Assembly (NCBI GenBank): GCA_964016885.1
Contig: OZ024747.1
Span: forward strand, 75,764,001-75,828,000
Direction: 5' to 3'
Source: Eledone cirrhosa
Lineage: Eukaryota
Length of the DNA: 64,000 nucleotides
The stretch's first letter is position 1. Every line of letters starts with the position of its first letter. Shown piece by piece: positions 43,910 through 57,632 of the stretch. Below the pieces are notes generated by a model that had not been told where the DNA came from, ran no database searches, and saw only the letters and a list, made by a program, of their open reading frames with translations. The translations under genes were made by a program, and so were the position numbers.

Positions 43910-46236
43910 TCAGGTTATAAATTGGGTGTTGAGCTCTAGTCTATTATTGATTGGTGGATGTGTTCTATCTATAATAAGTGCTTCCTTAATTCTAAGATTG
44001 CCGAGGTTTCTTTCCTTAGTTTCTATCCTAACTGTTATGTTTTTATCGGTGTTTTTGCATTTAACTAGGTGTTTCTTAAATGAGGAAGCGTTAGTATTGA
44101 GGTGTTCTTTTATTCTTATGTGGAGTGGTCTGGTGGTGCTACCTACGTAGAAGTTGTTGCATTTGTCACACTCTAGTCTGTATACTACGTAAGCCTGGTG
44201 GCATAAGTCTGTGTCGTTGATGGGGCAGTTGGCTAGTCTGCAGCAGTTGTCATGTCTGGTGGAGTGTCTCTTGGCCAGCCGTCCGCGCAGAGAAGGACCC
44301 GAGTGGGCCAGTTGGATATCCAGTCCCTCTCGTCTGATGGCTCTGCGGATGGCTGTTGTTGTTTCTTCACTGAAGTGTGGGAGCTTCAGGAAGCAAGTGT
44401 TAGTGCCTCGGGTGTGGTGTCCTCTGTTCTTTCTGGCACGGTTTGTGGTGGATGTCGTGTATCCGTTCAGTTTGAGTACTTCCAGGAAATGTGTGGTGTG
44501 TGTGTCTCGGTCTCTGGCGTCGGTGCATTTGTTCTTGATACGTGCCAGTTCGTTCTTTATGTATCCGAACTTGGCACCGAGTGGGAGGGCCGATCTGAAA
44601 TGTACGAACAGGTCCCTGCTGGCGGATTTTTTATAGAAGCAGGTGTGGATATTGCCTTCCTCTGTTACCCTGAGTTGGAAGTCTAGTAGGGATAGGGATC
44701 CTCGGTCATCGGGGTGTTCCATGCTGAACTTTATACTGGCGTCCATGCTGGAGAATGTTGTGTATATTTTCTCTGCCTCCTCACGGGATGATGTAAGGAT
44801 GAGTATGTCATCTACATATCGGGTGAAGAAGGCATGGGAATGGCAGGTGTTGAGGGCTCGGCATTTTAGCTGGTTCATGTAGGTGATGGCCAGCAGGCCC
44901 GAAAGGCTGGATCCCATGGGTAATCCTGTTGTCTGTCTGTATGTGTGGTGGTGGAAGGTGAAGTACGTGTTGTCTACTGTGAAGGACAAAAGCTGGTGTA
45001 TGTCCGTCGGGTGGAGGCCGTAGCAGTGGATGTTCTCTGCGACCACGCAGTCCGTCAATAAATCGACAGCTGGGTGAGCGGGGACTGTAGTGTAGAGGGA
45101 GACAACGTCGAGGCTAAAAGCGTATTTATTTAGTTTAAGTTGTTCTGGCTGGAGTTGGTGTAATCTACGTATAACTTCGTCGGAGATACTGAGATGTCCG
45201 GGGAAGGTGGAGAGTAGAGGCTTGAGGACCTGGGAGAGAAGCCAGGAAATTTTGTATAGGAGTCCTTCTATGCTAGAGACGATGGGTCTTATTTGCGTCT
45301 TAGTGCTATTCTTGTGGGTCTTGATGAGGTGGTAGAAAGTGGGCAGTCTGCTATTTCTAGTGGTGTAGTTGAGTTTAATTTTATTCGGGAGTTGTCTTCT
45401 CCTACAGATATCGAACCAAATGGAATTGGTCTGTTTTTCGATTTGTGCTGCGGTCATGTCCGGGATCACCGTGTACAATTCACTGTCGCTTAGGTGTTCG
45501 AAGGCTAGGTTATTTTATGTGGCTTGAGAGATGACGCAGAACTCTTTACCTTTGTCGGATGGTAAGTAAATAAGTTCCTTATTCCGTAGGTTCTTCAGGG
45601 CGAGTTGTTGTGTCCTGGAGAGGTTAGGGGCCATCTTCTTCTGTTTCCGTAAGATGTTAAATACGGAATGTTTTAGTCTCGAGAGTTTTTCTTCCAGCTC
45701 GCGGTTGGCGGGCGGTGGATAGAGTGGGCGATCTAGTTGGTATATCGGGAATCTGGGTGTGGTGGATTCCGTGGTGTTGTTGTCGAGAGTCGATATCCAT
45801 TTCAGTTGGTAGGCAGTCCGACAGAAATTCGTTTCTATGTCGAGCCATAGTCTGTCGTCCAGTCTCTGTTTCAATATGAACTTGGGACCCAGGCTGAGGA
45901 GGTCTAATTCCTCTCGGGAGAGGGATCCTGTCAAGTCTGTGACGAGGTGTTTTGCGTCAGGTGTGTTGTTGGTCGGGGTGCCGCTAGGTTCGGTGTTGGT
46001 AACGTATTGTTCGCCTCTGTTGGTGTTTAGCGTTGGGATGTTGTTAAGACAGTTGGCCGTCCTGAGTTTGAGAAATGTTTGCGTTAGGCGTATTTTCTCG
46101 TAGTCTCGGCGGTGGTGGTATGACCTGTCTATAGTGGCGGAGATGACCCTGGACAGAGGTTCTGGGGTTTCAGCGAGTTGTGGTACAAGGCTGGAGATAG
46201 TCCGTATGTGATGTTGTAGCGTGCGGTGTAGGTGTT
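43910..46236 (-). pseudogene. Penelope reverse transcriptase plus GIY-YIG endonuclease with a single in-frame stop (45515-45517)
   Basis: ORFs 45515-46270 and 43910-45478 are in the same frame. Motifs LGPKF, PSDKG, KTHK...IRPIVS, SLDVVSLYT, GLPMGSSLS, RYVDD, LLDF, VVY...FYVGST...RIKEH and EALII...IN. Confidence 0.95.
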
Positions 46237-46410
46237 GTAAAAAAAAAAAAAAAAAAAAAAACCTAAACAAACCCCTCTTAAAGGGAGACTACTCTTTATC
46301 CACCTAATTTTAATTCTTTGATGTTAGAGTTAGAACAGATACTCTATACTATTTCCGGTCAGCATGGCTTGGCTAGAGATTTAAAGACGCTGGTTTGAGA
46401 CCTTTACTTC

Positions 46411-46445
46411 CCTCCGAAGAAGAGATATTATCTCGAAAATTAAAG
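46411..46445 (+). ncRNA. Minimal hammerhead variant in the inverted Penelope repeat
   Basis: cct-CCGAAGA-a-gagat att atctc-GAAA-at-TA-aag. Confidence 0.45.
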
Positions 46446-47093
46446 ACATTTAAATAAATTCAAGGTGAAAGACGAATTCACATCAATATCTTTCACTATT
46501 GCATTCTTTTTTTTTTCTATGTCCATACCTGCATTGTCTTGGCCTTATTACACATATTGAAACGTTTATACCTCATTACACAATGCTTCAAGTGAACTAT
46601 AACCTCCTCCATATATATATATGTATATATATATATGTATATATATATATACAAGTGGAAGATTAGTAAAATCGAAGCTTTGGCTACGGCCAAGCAAAGT
46701 CGACCTACAATTAGGGATGAGTAACAAAGTATTCAATATGGGTAGGTCCTTAGAGTAATAACATTACGTTTAGATAGCTTGACAAATTTAAAATTGTCAA
46801 ACATACAATACCAAAACAACGAAAAAAAGTAATCAGGTTAGACAAATAAATATGTTGCTGACATATAGCTTTGTGTGTTATTGATATCGAACACTGGCAG
46901 TTGATTGCGATGCATATATATATATATATTAATTCAAAATATTAATAAATATAGACATTCATGTGATCAAATATATTTTATTATATATATTTCAGGCGTA
47001 CTGTGCTGTTTCCCCAATACGTCCTCATCAGATAAAATAAATTGATGTCTGACATACCTCTGATGGTTCAATTCCAGTCTTGGCATATATATA

Positions 47094-47365
47094 AATGGAA
47101 TAGAATGAAACGAAATTTCATTTCTCACTCTTAGTACGGCAGTTACTTAAATGTATGTATGTATGTATACGTACATACATATATGTATACAGACGTACAG
47201 TAGTATGTATATATATACATACATGCACACATATAATAAATGTTCGGTAAACCGATACGTGCATATATATATGTGTGTGTGCATGTGTGTATATATATAC
47301 ATACTACTGTACGTCTGTATACATATATGTATGTACGTATACATACATACATACTTACATTTATA
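47094..47365. mobile_element. Fold-back element, family E (no HHR retained)
   Basis: Inverted arms homologous to 19186-19890. Confidence 0.7.
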
Positions 47366-47559
47366 TATATATATATATATATAATAAATATATATATATA
47401 TATAGTGAGAGTGAGAGAGAGAGAGACAGGCAGATAGAGAGAGCAGAAAGAGAGGGTGAGAGAGAGAGAGAGTGATAGACATACACATACACACTCACAT
47501 ATATACACGTATATATGCATGAACATCATTGAAACACACACGCACTCATCCACATAAAC

Positions 47560-47670
<111 letters not shown>

Positions 47671-47709
47671 ATGCGTGTGTGTGTATGCGTGTGTGTGTCT
47701 ATGTGTATT

Positions 47710-47945
47710 ATTGACATCGAAAATTGGCAGTTATTCCCGATATATATTTGCTTATGACAACAGTTTATTACACGTGACTCGTATTTCTGTTAATTTGGTA
47801 AAATTGGTTTGAACCATAACACATTCCATATCTTCTATATCTAGACTATTTCTTTGTCGATGACATGCCTTAGGGTTGATGCAATTATCTGTTTGATAGG
47901 ATTCTTGCAATTACATGTTTTTAGAGTTGTTATTTTGTCTGGCTA
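47710..47945 (-). pseudogene. Scrambled Penelope ORF remnants
   Basis: Peptides KTCNCKNP, NVLWFKP and KQIYIG on the minus strand. Confidence 0.35.
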
Positions 47946-48899
47946 ACTTATAGTATATATATATTTGCATTAGATAGATAGTAGTCTCTAAGTAAGATTA
48001 CGTACAAGATAATACATAAATAAATGAATCGAGGTAAAATAAAAACTAAGTTCATTCAAAACTGTGGCAGTGCCCCAGAATGATCACAGCCTGTCGGCTC
48101 GAACAGAAAAGAAACCAAAACATATTTAATGTCTGGTGTCATAGTTCTTTCTAGTTTACTGTAAGTCGTTACTCAGAGTTTCATGTTGTTTTCGTGAAGC
48201 GGTGTTAGTTGAAGTGAGTATTTATATAACGTTGAACTTGCTTCTAGTTCGTGTTGCGTACAAGATGGTGATACGTTATATAAGGTGCATACATGCATAT
48301 ATGCATATTTGCACACGATATCCCGCACCCAAACCTCAATGTCAGATGACTGCAAAGGAACTTAATGTTTCCAAGCTGTAGAGAACCAAAAAAGACCGAG
48401 ATAGTTGGACAACCGCAAGGCGACCCTCATCAACCGTGAAATCTTGAAGTTTTCGCCCGGAAAGTCATTTTTTCAGATAACATTTTTTTTATCTCTTATA
48501 TTTTTCTCTTAAATTAAAAACTTGTTCAGACTTATTCTTGGTATTAGAAGGATAAGTGACAATAAATATAACGGGGGAGGTAACTTGCAAAGGTGGGGAC
48601 AGAGCGCAGGTGTAGGGCAAACACCTATTTTCCACTGTGGGAGCAGCAAAGTTTTAACTTTCGGAAAATTACCTATTGCTAAGGGGCTCCCTAATATACA
48701 TATATCCGTATGTGGTTGACAGCTGAGAGAAATGAGTACTCTGTATTGAGTAATATGTATATATACATATATATACATATATATATACATATATATATAT
48801 ATGATATGTATATATATACTCTCCTTACTATCCTTGCTTTCATATTTCTCCTTGCTCCTCTTTTCTCATTGTATTTATATATAAACAAGTACATAGATA

Positions 48900-49370
48900 C
48901 AAGGAGAAAGGGAGAGCAAGGAGAACAAGGAGGACATGGAGAGCAAGGGTAAAAGGAGAGCAAGGAGAGCAAGGAGAGCAAGGAGAAGAGGAGAGCAAGG
49001 AAAAGAAGGAGAAAAGGAGAAAAGGAGAGGAAGGATAAAAAAGAGAGCAAGGAGAGCAAGGAGAGGAAGGAGAAAAGGAGAGCAATGAGAAATGGAGAGC
49101 AAGGAGAGAAATGAGAAAAGGAGTGTAAGGAGAGCAAGGAGAGCAATGAGAAAATGAGAGCAAGGAGAGCAATGAGAAAAGAAGAGCAAGGAGAGCAATG
49201 AGAAAAGGAGATCAAGGAGAGCAATGAGAAAAGGAGATCGAGGAGAGGAAGGAGAGCAAGGAGAAGAGGAGAGAAAGGAGAGTAAGGAGAAAAGGAGAGC
49301 GAGGAGAGTAAGGAGAAAAGGAGAGCGAGGAGAGGAAGGAGAAAAGGAGAGCAAGGAGATCAAGGAGGGG
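48900..49370. repeat. GA-rich minisatellite (gagcaagga-type units)
   Basis: Direct reading. Confidence 0.9.
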
Positions 49371-49449
49371 TCAAGGCAAATATTGCTCAAGTTATGCTGG
49401 AAGCAGACAAAGGTGAAGAAGAGGAAGAAGAATAAAAATCAACTGAAGA

Positions 49450-50465
49450 GGTACATTCTTCACCAAAATGACTTCTCTTCCTTTACAAACATCGAGTTTT
49501 CGTCTTTTTTAACTCTTGGTGCAAAAACTTTTTTCATGAGATTTTCTATCAGCACCGATTTCCTCTACAAAGACCCTGAAGCATGGAAGGATGATCCTGG
49601 TTACAAAAGTGGACTTGAAAAACTTGAGAAGACAGTTGTTGTGAATGATGTTGCAGAAAGAGGTGTCAAGCTCATTCAGGATTACAATAACATTCTCACG
49701 AAAGATAAAACTGAGAAACAATTTGTTTTACAGATCGTAACCGAAAACCGTAGAACATACCCAACTGCCACTAAGTCTTCTCTTATGCAAAAATAATTGT
49801 TTCTACTATTGGTACAAGGCTAGCAATTATCCCAGTGTATTACTGGTACTTATTTTATCGACCCCGTAAGGATGAAAGGCAAAGTTAAGCTCGGCGGGAT
49901 TTGAACTCAGACCATAAAGGGCCGTAACTCTGCAAAGCATGGCATCCGACCCTCTACCGATATTGCCAATCCACCGCCCTCTTATGCAAACATAATGTTC
50001 AATATTCAGTGTTCAGTGTTCACATTATGTTTTTGATTATATAGAAATTATTGTTGTAAATAAAAATGCGTTTCTCTTATAGAAAACCTAATATTCTCTT
50101 ATAGAAAACCTAATATTTCTTAAGTTTTTCATGTTATTTCAGGAATTTTTCAAATTAACTATTGATAAATTTGATTCAGAACGTTTTTAAACATTTTCTG
50201 GTGTTGCCTGGATGTGACCAAATAAATTTCTCTAAGAAATAAAAAGAAAATGGTCGAGATAGGGAATAGTATATCGCTTTTGAACGGAATTAATCGTTGT
50301 GCATACTATGTTCCAAATTCAAGGCGCTTAGGGATCCTTTAACATTTGTCCGATTGAGCTGAAATTTTGCACATCCCGTGTTTGTATTGATTGGAACTGG
50401 ATTAGCGGATGGGAGCAGTTAAATTTTAACTCTGGAAAAATTACCTATTGCAAGGACCACGCATA
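49450..50465 (+). mobile_element. DNA transposon 3' part, probably hAT-like (hATm type); transposase C-terminus 49450-49796
   Basis: FLYKDPEAW...VVNDVAERGVKLIQDY...LQIV..NR..YP. Terminal sequence 50409-50465 resembles 48637-48693, the end of a second copy. Confidence 0.65.
49798..49978 (-). mobile_element. tRNA-derived SINE with a target-site duplication of about 18 bp
   Basis: ctcttatgcaaa(a/c)ataat at 49780 and 49979. B box gagttcaaatccc. Confidence 0.88.
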
Positions 50466-50482
50466 TATATATATATATATAT

Positions 50483-50894
50483 AAACAAATGCCTCACAGA
50501 TGATATCGTATACAAATGCGATGTCATCTCAGGCACCGATGATTGCCAAAAAACGTACATCGGCATGACCTCCAACAACTTTAAGACCCGTTGGTATGCC
50601 CATACCCACTCCTTCAGAAGACCGGACAAATCAAACCAGACAACAATCGCCTCCTATGTTTGAGACCTCAAAAGGAACTCCACCCCCTTCTCGTTTAAAT
50701 GAAAAATACCCCAGAAAGCGCGCTCTTACAACGGAGGACACAAGGGCTGCGACCTTTGTATCTCAGAGAGCTACGAAATTTTATTCGCTAAGGGCCCGCT
50801 ACTGAACAAACTCTCTGAACACTGCACGAACTGCATGCACAAGAACTTTGCAACTTTCAAATAGTTTAAGCCAGTGTTAAAGCCCGATGGCTAA
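50483..50894 (+). pseudogene. Penelope GIY-YIG endonuclease remnant
   Basis: KCLTDDIVYKC...TYIGMT..FKTRW..HTHSFR...CDLCISE...LLNK with internal stops. Related to 17343-18390. Confidence 0.88.
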
Positions 50895-51150
50895 AAACGA
50901 CCTCCTCCTATTGGCCCCTATACCTACTTCCCACCCTACCCCCACCCCTCCTCAACCTGAAATACGGCCACTATGGTTATGTGAGTACCTCTTACCTATC
51001 TGCATTTTCTGCCTGTAGAGCTGTTTTTATGTGCCTGTGTATATGCGTATATTTATTGAGTACTTATTTATTTGTATGTGTATATATTTGTGTGTGTATG
51101 TGTGTATATGTATCTGTATGTATGTGTATGTGTATGTATGTGTGTGTGTG

Positions 51151-51203
<53 letters not shown>

Positions 51204-51435
51204 GTATATGTGTATGTGCATATATATATGTATATATATGTGTATATATGTATATATATGTATGTGTATATATGTGTGTATGTGTGTATGTGTGTGTATA
51301 TATATGTATATATATATGTATACATATATATATATATATATATAGGATGGAAAAATTTGAACAGGAACAAAACAGAGAGGCAGTACAACGAATGTTTATT
51401 AATTTCACGCTCTGGAGAGTGGGGTGGTGGTGGGG

Positions 51436-51466
51436 AACGACGTTTCAGGCATAAGCCCTTCCTCAG
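51436..51466 (-). ncRNA. Hammerhead-like core lacking helix I, family G
   Basis: CTGAGGA-a-gggc ttat gcct-GAAA-cgtcg-TT. Confidence 0.45.
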
Positions 51467-52335
51467 GTGAGAAGTGTGTGGGAACAGAGTTCAAAGGGTG
51501 TGTAGGGGAGTGGTGGAGAGACATATAGCGAAAGGAAACGGTGCGAATGAAATTAAAAATAAAAATAAAGCATGATCAAAATAAAAGGAATGAAATAAAA
51601 ATAAATATAAAAGCATGATCAAAATAAACTGAAATTAAAAAGGGGTAAAACAGGTGGTGGAAGGGTGTGGGGTGTGTAGGGGTGGTGGCGGGTGGAGTGG
51701 GGAGAGGGAGACGGGGTGTCCGAGCGGGGAGGGCTGAAAGTGGTGTGTGTGTGTAGGTGTACGTGTGTGTGTGTGTGTGTATGTGAAAGTAAGGGTTGGG
51801 GGAAGAACGGGGTTGCATGTTCAGGAAGAGGTGTGTGTGTGTGGGGGGGTTGTAGATCGGAGTGTCTGTGCGTGTGTGGATAGAGGGGTGGGGGGAGAGG
51901 AATCAGGAAGCTGAGGGTGTAAATATGTGGTGGAAAGCACGTGTGTGTGGGTTTTAAGCGTGTTGTGGTGTAGGTGGCGTGTGGGAGAAAAAAAATTTTT
52001 TGGGTGTGTGTGTGGGTGAGTTATATAGGAGATTCCGTAAGAGGATGGTTGAAAAGTTGGTAAATTCCTATGATGTTAGTAGATTCCGTGGTGGTCAAGT
52101 TCCACATACGAGTATTCCATGAAGAGATGATCGGAAGAGGAGAGATGTGGGGTGCGCGCATATATATATATATATGCGTGTGTGTGTATGGGTATTTGTG
52201 TGTATGTGTTTGTGTGGTTCTCTCTCTGTGTGTGTATTTATTTATTTATTTATTTATTATTTATATATATGTGTGTGTGTGTATATATGTGTATATATAT
52301 GTGTGTGTGTGTATATATATATGTATGTGTGTGTA

Positions 52336-52366
<31 letters not shown>

Positions 52367-52433
52367 GTATATGTGTATGTGTGTATGTATGTGTGTATAT
52401 ATATATATATGTATGTGTGTGTATATTTGTGTG

Positions 52434-52464
<31 letters not shown>

Positions 52465-52670
52465 ATGTGTATATGTGTGTATATATGTATGTGTGTATAT
52501 ATGTATATATATATATATATATGTGTGTGTATATATATATGTATGGATGTATATATAATGTATTTTGCAATACACTTTATGCTTAATTAAAAGCATTTTG
52601 AAAACCGTAAGCTATTGTTTTAAAGTAGTGACAAATTCACTCACTTTGATTTCAGCAAACAGGGGAGATA

Positions 52671-52714
52671 AGCCGACAAGACTTGTTTCGCTTTGGTTGA
52701 AGCTTATCAAGGCC
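52671..52714 (-). ncRNA. Type I hammerhead, U3-A8 variant
   Basis: Mirror of 53030-53073 with an extended helix I (aaacagg/cctgttt). Confidence 0.8.
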
Positions 52715-53029
52715 AACTACCCCACCTGTTTACTGAGATCATTGATGTTATATTCTTATAGAAATGTAGTAAATAATTTGCTGAGATCAAAGTGAGTGAA
52801 TTTGTCACTACTTTAAAACAATAGCTTACGGTCTTCAAAATGCTTTTAATTTAGCATAAAGTGTATTGCAAAATACATTATATATACATCCATATATATA
52901 TTGCTATTTCAGAGCTCCAATTCTAATTTTTAATTTCTGCCTGACCAACAACCGCTCTGCATAATCAGCTCCTGATTATTTACTAGATTTCTATAAGAAT
53001 ATAACATCAATGATCTCAGTAAACAGGTG

Positions 53030-53073
53030 GGCCTTGATAAGCTTCAACCAAAGCGAAACAAGTCTTGTCGGCT
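53030..53073 (+). ncRNA. Type I hammerhead, U3-A8 variant
   Basis: ggcc-TTGATAA-gctt caacca aagc-GAAA-caagtcttg-TC-ggct. GUC site. Confidence 0.8.
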
Positions 53074-53282
53074 TATCTCCCCTGTTTGCTGAGATCAAAG
53101 TGAGTGAATTTGTCACTACTTTAAAACAATAGCTTACGGTCTTCAAAATGCTTTTAATTAAGCATAAAGTGTATTGCAAAATACATTATATATACATCCA
53201 TATATATATTGCTATTTCAGAGCTCCAATTCTAATATATATGTATATATATATATGTATATGTATATATATGTGTGTGTGTG

Positions 53283-53313
<31 letters not shown>

Positions 53314-53334
53314 ATATATATGTATGTGTGTGTA

Positions 53335-53395
<61 letters not shown>

Positions 53396-53432
53396 GTGTA
53401 TGTGTGTGTATGTGTGTATATATATATATATT

Positions 53433-53639
<207 letters not shown>

Positions 53640-53766
53640 TACTAGGGAGAGGATCAGGGGGGTATAACACTCCACTTATCCAGCAGGCAGTATTTATCTT
53701 CTATTATTTTTCATTCTTCAATGTCTTGGATTTGTTATTGCTTGTGTGGTATGTAATTAACCTTTA

Positions 53767-53812
53767 TGCTCTGATGAGTCCCACTTATAGTGCGGATGAA
53801 ACAATGTTAGCA
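53767..53812 (+). ncRNA. Canonical type I hammerhead
   Basis: tgct-CTGATGA-gtcc cac ttata gtg c ggat-GAAA-caatg-TT-agca. Confidence 0.8.
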
Positions 53813-53851
53813 AGTAAAGATATGCATATGCTATAGGCGTTCTTTGTTATT

Positions 53852-53922
<71 letters not shown>

Positions 53923-53999
53923 ACCACTCCACTCTCAAGAGCGTGAAATTAATAAACATGTGTTGTACTGCCTCTCTGTTTTGTTCCCGTTCAATTTTT

Positions 54000-54043
<44 letters not shown>

Positions 54044-54660
54044 ATATGTGTGCGTGTGTGTATATATATTTATATATATATGTGTGTATATATATGTATA
54101 TGTGTATGTGTGTGTGTTTATGGGTGCGCGCGAGTGTGTGAGTGAGTGTGTTTGTGAATGTGTCTGTTGATTTTTGGCATATAGTTGAATAGTTTAAGAG
54201 AAATTTGAGGATAATTGTATGATATGCACTCAATATTTTGAATTTGTCTACAGAATTCTTTAAACCTTTGTCACTTAGTAGAACCTTAAAGAATTTAGCT
54301 TTTAAAGAATCTCCCTTTCCTTTAAATATATCTACCGTGACTGACCCCCACTGATCTTATAGACAACTGTTAGCTTAAGAGAAACTTAATAATAAGGAGT
54401 GGCACCCCATCCTGAACCTGTTTATAGAATTCTTTCTGCCTTTTTTACTCTAAAAATAAAAATAAACTATAGCTTTGTAGAATTAGCTTTTAATGAATTC
54501 CCTTTTCTATCAACCAATGACCTACACCCATCCCACTCCCCACCCTCTCCTACCATTTGTAGAGACCTATAAATACCATACTTATTTTTTGCTACCCAGA
54601 TTCCTGATCATTTCTAAAGAATGAAACAGTTCTAGTCCTGTAGAATCTCATCTATATTAA

Positions 54661-54732
<72 letters not shown>

Positions 54733-54743
54733 CTGTGTGTGTG

Positions 54744-54815
<72 letters not shown>

Positions 54816-55137
54816 ACACCTTCGTTCCAATATATATCCATTCTGTACACTGCTCGAAATGAATAGATAATAATATATAAAGAAACATCACTTTGATGGT
54901 GTGATTACATCTTCTTTCTTTCATTTCGTTTTTTACCGTTCGCTAGTTTTCTCTTATTAACATAAATTGAAATTATTTTAGCAATATAGATATTTTTATT
55001 CGATTTAATGAAAGCTGTCTTACACATACATGTCTATCGATTTTTATAGAGATTGGCTTGGCCTGTGCGTAGACAATATTCCTTGAATCCTATACTTGAA
55101 TATATATATATATTCTCATTTGTTGTGCTCATAATTT

Positions 55138-55342
<205 letters not shown>

Positions 55343-55384
55343 ATATATGATATATATATATGTATGTATATATATATATATATA

Positions 55385-55474
<90 letters not shown>

Positions 55475-56393
55475 GTATATATATAGATTTGTTTATATAT
55501 ATATATGTATATATATATACACACATATATATATATATAGGTATACATGCATGTATATGCATACATATACGCAGATGCAAACTCACAAACACCCTCTTAG
55601 AAGAGACTTGTATTGATTTGTAGTACTTCAGCTGTGAAGCTTGACTCTAACATCTACGGCTACATCTCATATGCTACATCTAATAATATGTACGCAATAT
55701 CTATGTGGAAATCTAAGGTTTCTCTTCATCGGTTGCGTGAATGTGTTTTTTCTGAATAAGTGAGAGATGTATAGAAATTGCTTGAGATAAAATCACCATG
55801 TAGCAAGTCTGGAAATGTTGTGGCCCGAACAGTAAAGAACCAACGACTTAACATTTCTTTTTCAGCTAGTGCCTTTTTATTTTTGGTTTTGTCTGGCAAT
55901 ATGTGTGTTGTGAAACACCACTCGTTGTATCGTACTTGTTCTACAACAGCTGCCTATAATGTATTCATATTATCATATCTTGATTAAATTTACGTGATTG
56001 ATTCACTGAGTTAGACTATATTTCTTCGGTCACTCACTCTACGAGAGGTCATTCACTTTCTATGAAATAACAGCAGAATGTTTAAGAAATTCTACCTAGT
56101 CGTATAAAAATCAAAGATATTAAAACATTAAGCCGCATTAACAGAATATCACTGCATCTAATATTCCCGCGAGATTGGCAACAACAACAGTTGAAATATT
56201 AACGATCTTACAGGCAACTTATAGTATATTTAAAATCTCATATATCTAATATCAACCCATTTAGGCAATGCAAGTCAATCTCGGATAAATAACGTAGAAA
56301 TGACCAAAAAACAAAATATTTCTGAAATTTATACGAATTTATGAAGTGGCGTGACAGTTTATATACACATATAACAAAACTATTGAAGACCCA

Positions 56394-56580
<187 letters not shown>

Positions 56581-56584
56581 CTTC

Positions 56585-56950
56585 AATAATTTGGTTCTAT
56601 ACTCCCTATGGTCGAGTAAAAAATTAAGCTAAAACAATTACTGGTAACGATCACTTGAAAATTCTTTTTCTGGATTGAGAAGTTTCCTGAGAAGCTGTGA
56701 TATCTCACAGCAACGGATATCATAAATCATAAATTAATGGAATATCCAAGTTGCTTACAGCGAAACTGTAATCGGAATAAATTAAGCAATATTTTATCTT
56801 GTTTGCATTTCCCACTTATGTAATATAGAGATAATTCATATATTTTAATACACGGTATAAGAGACACATTAAAACAACTTCCAGTTACGTAGACATAATT
56901 GGGTAAAGCCCGTATACACCATTATCAAAATATATACGGATGTCTATTTA
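56585..56950 (+). pseudogene. Highly decayed Penelope endonuclease-region remnant
   Basis: IIWFYTPY (compare IIWFNPPY), NTRYKRH and TPLSKYI. Confidence 0.4.
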
Positions 56951-57120
56951 TATCTACCCAATGACAAGAGAATACATGCTTTTGTCATGATTTTGTATTA
57001 TGATTATCATGTTGCGAGATATGAAGGAATTGCTCCCACCAGTATATAACAACAACGAATACTAAGGGAACAGAATATATATATATATATAAAAACCACA
57101 GACCCTCCATCTCAACTCTG

Positions 57121-57156
57121 CTTTTGAAAAGCAGAAGAACTGCGAAACCGGTAAAG
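57121..57156 (+). ncRNA. Minimal type I hammerhead, U3-A8 variant
   Basis: ctt-TTGAAAA-gcag aagaa ctgc-GAAA-ccgg-TA-aag. Palindrome ACCGGT. Confidence 0.65.
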
Positions 57157-57225
57157 GAACCAAATAAATATATATATTTTTTTAAAAATAAGACTCCAGT
57201 TGCATTTTCGATTTTATCTGTATTT

Positions 57226-57256
<31 letters not shown>

Positions 57257-57632
57257 AGAACAAAAGATGGTTAAAAGAGTTCCATGTATTTTATTATGCG
57301 CATTTCAAAATATATATATATATATATTTATTAACCCGCCATTGAACCACACTGGCATTTGGTTGGACAATACATGCGTACCTTGGCGCCTTGTGCGTGA
57401 AGTAACGTATTTCCTATTACTACTACCTCCACTAACGTTGAGAACAAATTTGGTCGTTCTGACTGCTGCTAGCAATAGCTGTGGCTAGTTTGACCTACCT
57501 CCTTTTGCCTCTATCTTTGCTACGGCCCTTGATAAACCTGTTCTACATCATCCACTCTCATCCCAAGAACAGTTTTGACAGCGCTAGTTTGTGATTTAAA
57601 TTCAGGAATTTTATATTCTTTGAATGAAAAGA

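Larger units (their letters stand above)
43329..46610 (-). mobile_element. Penelope-like element, near full-length ORF, inverted terminal repeats (43329-43645 and 46239-46570)
   Basis: RT plus GIY-YIG ORF. Near-identical inverted arms of about 320 bp. (TA)n flanks. Confidence 0.95.
52543..53235. mobile_element. Retrozyme-like element with a unit of about 310 nt: inverted partial copy (52543-52777) plus about 1.5 tandem copies (52778-53235)
   Basis: ctgagatcaaagtgag recurs at 52781 and 53089 (period 308). The left part is the reverse complement. Contains an HHR. Confidence 0.8.

Noticed and set aside
46995-47040. CTGATGA...GAAA on the minus strand
   Set aside because: Helix II does not pair and no UH or helix I follows.
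49224-49450. N-terminal E/K/R-rich part of ORF 49224-49796
   Set aside because: Derived from the adjacent GA-rich minisatellite. Only the C-terminal part is transposase-like.
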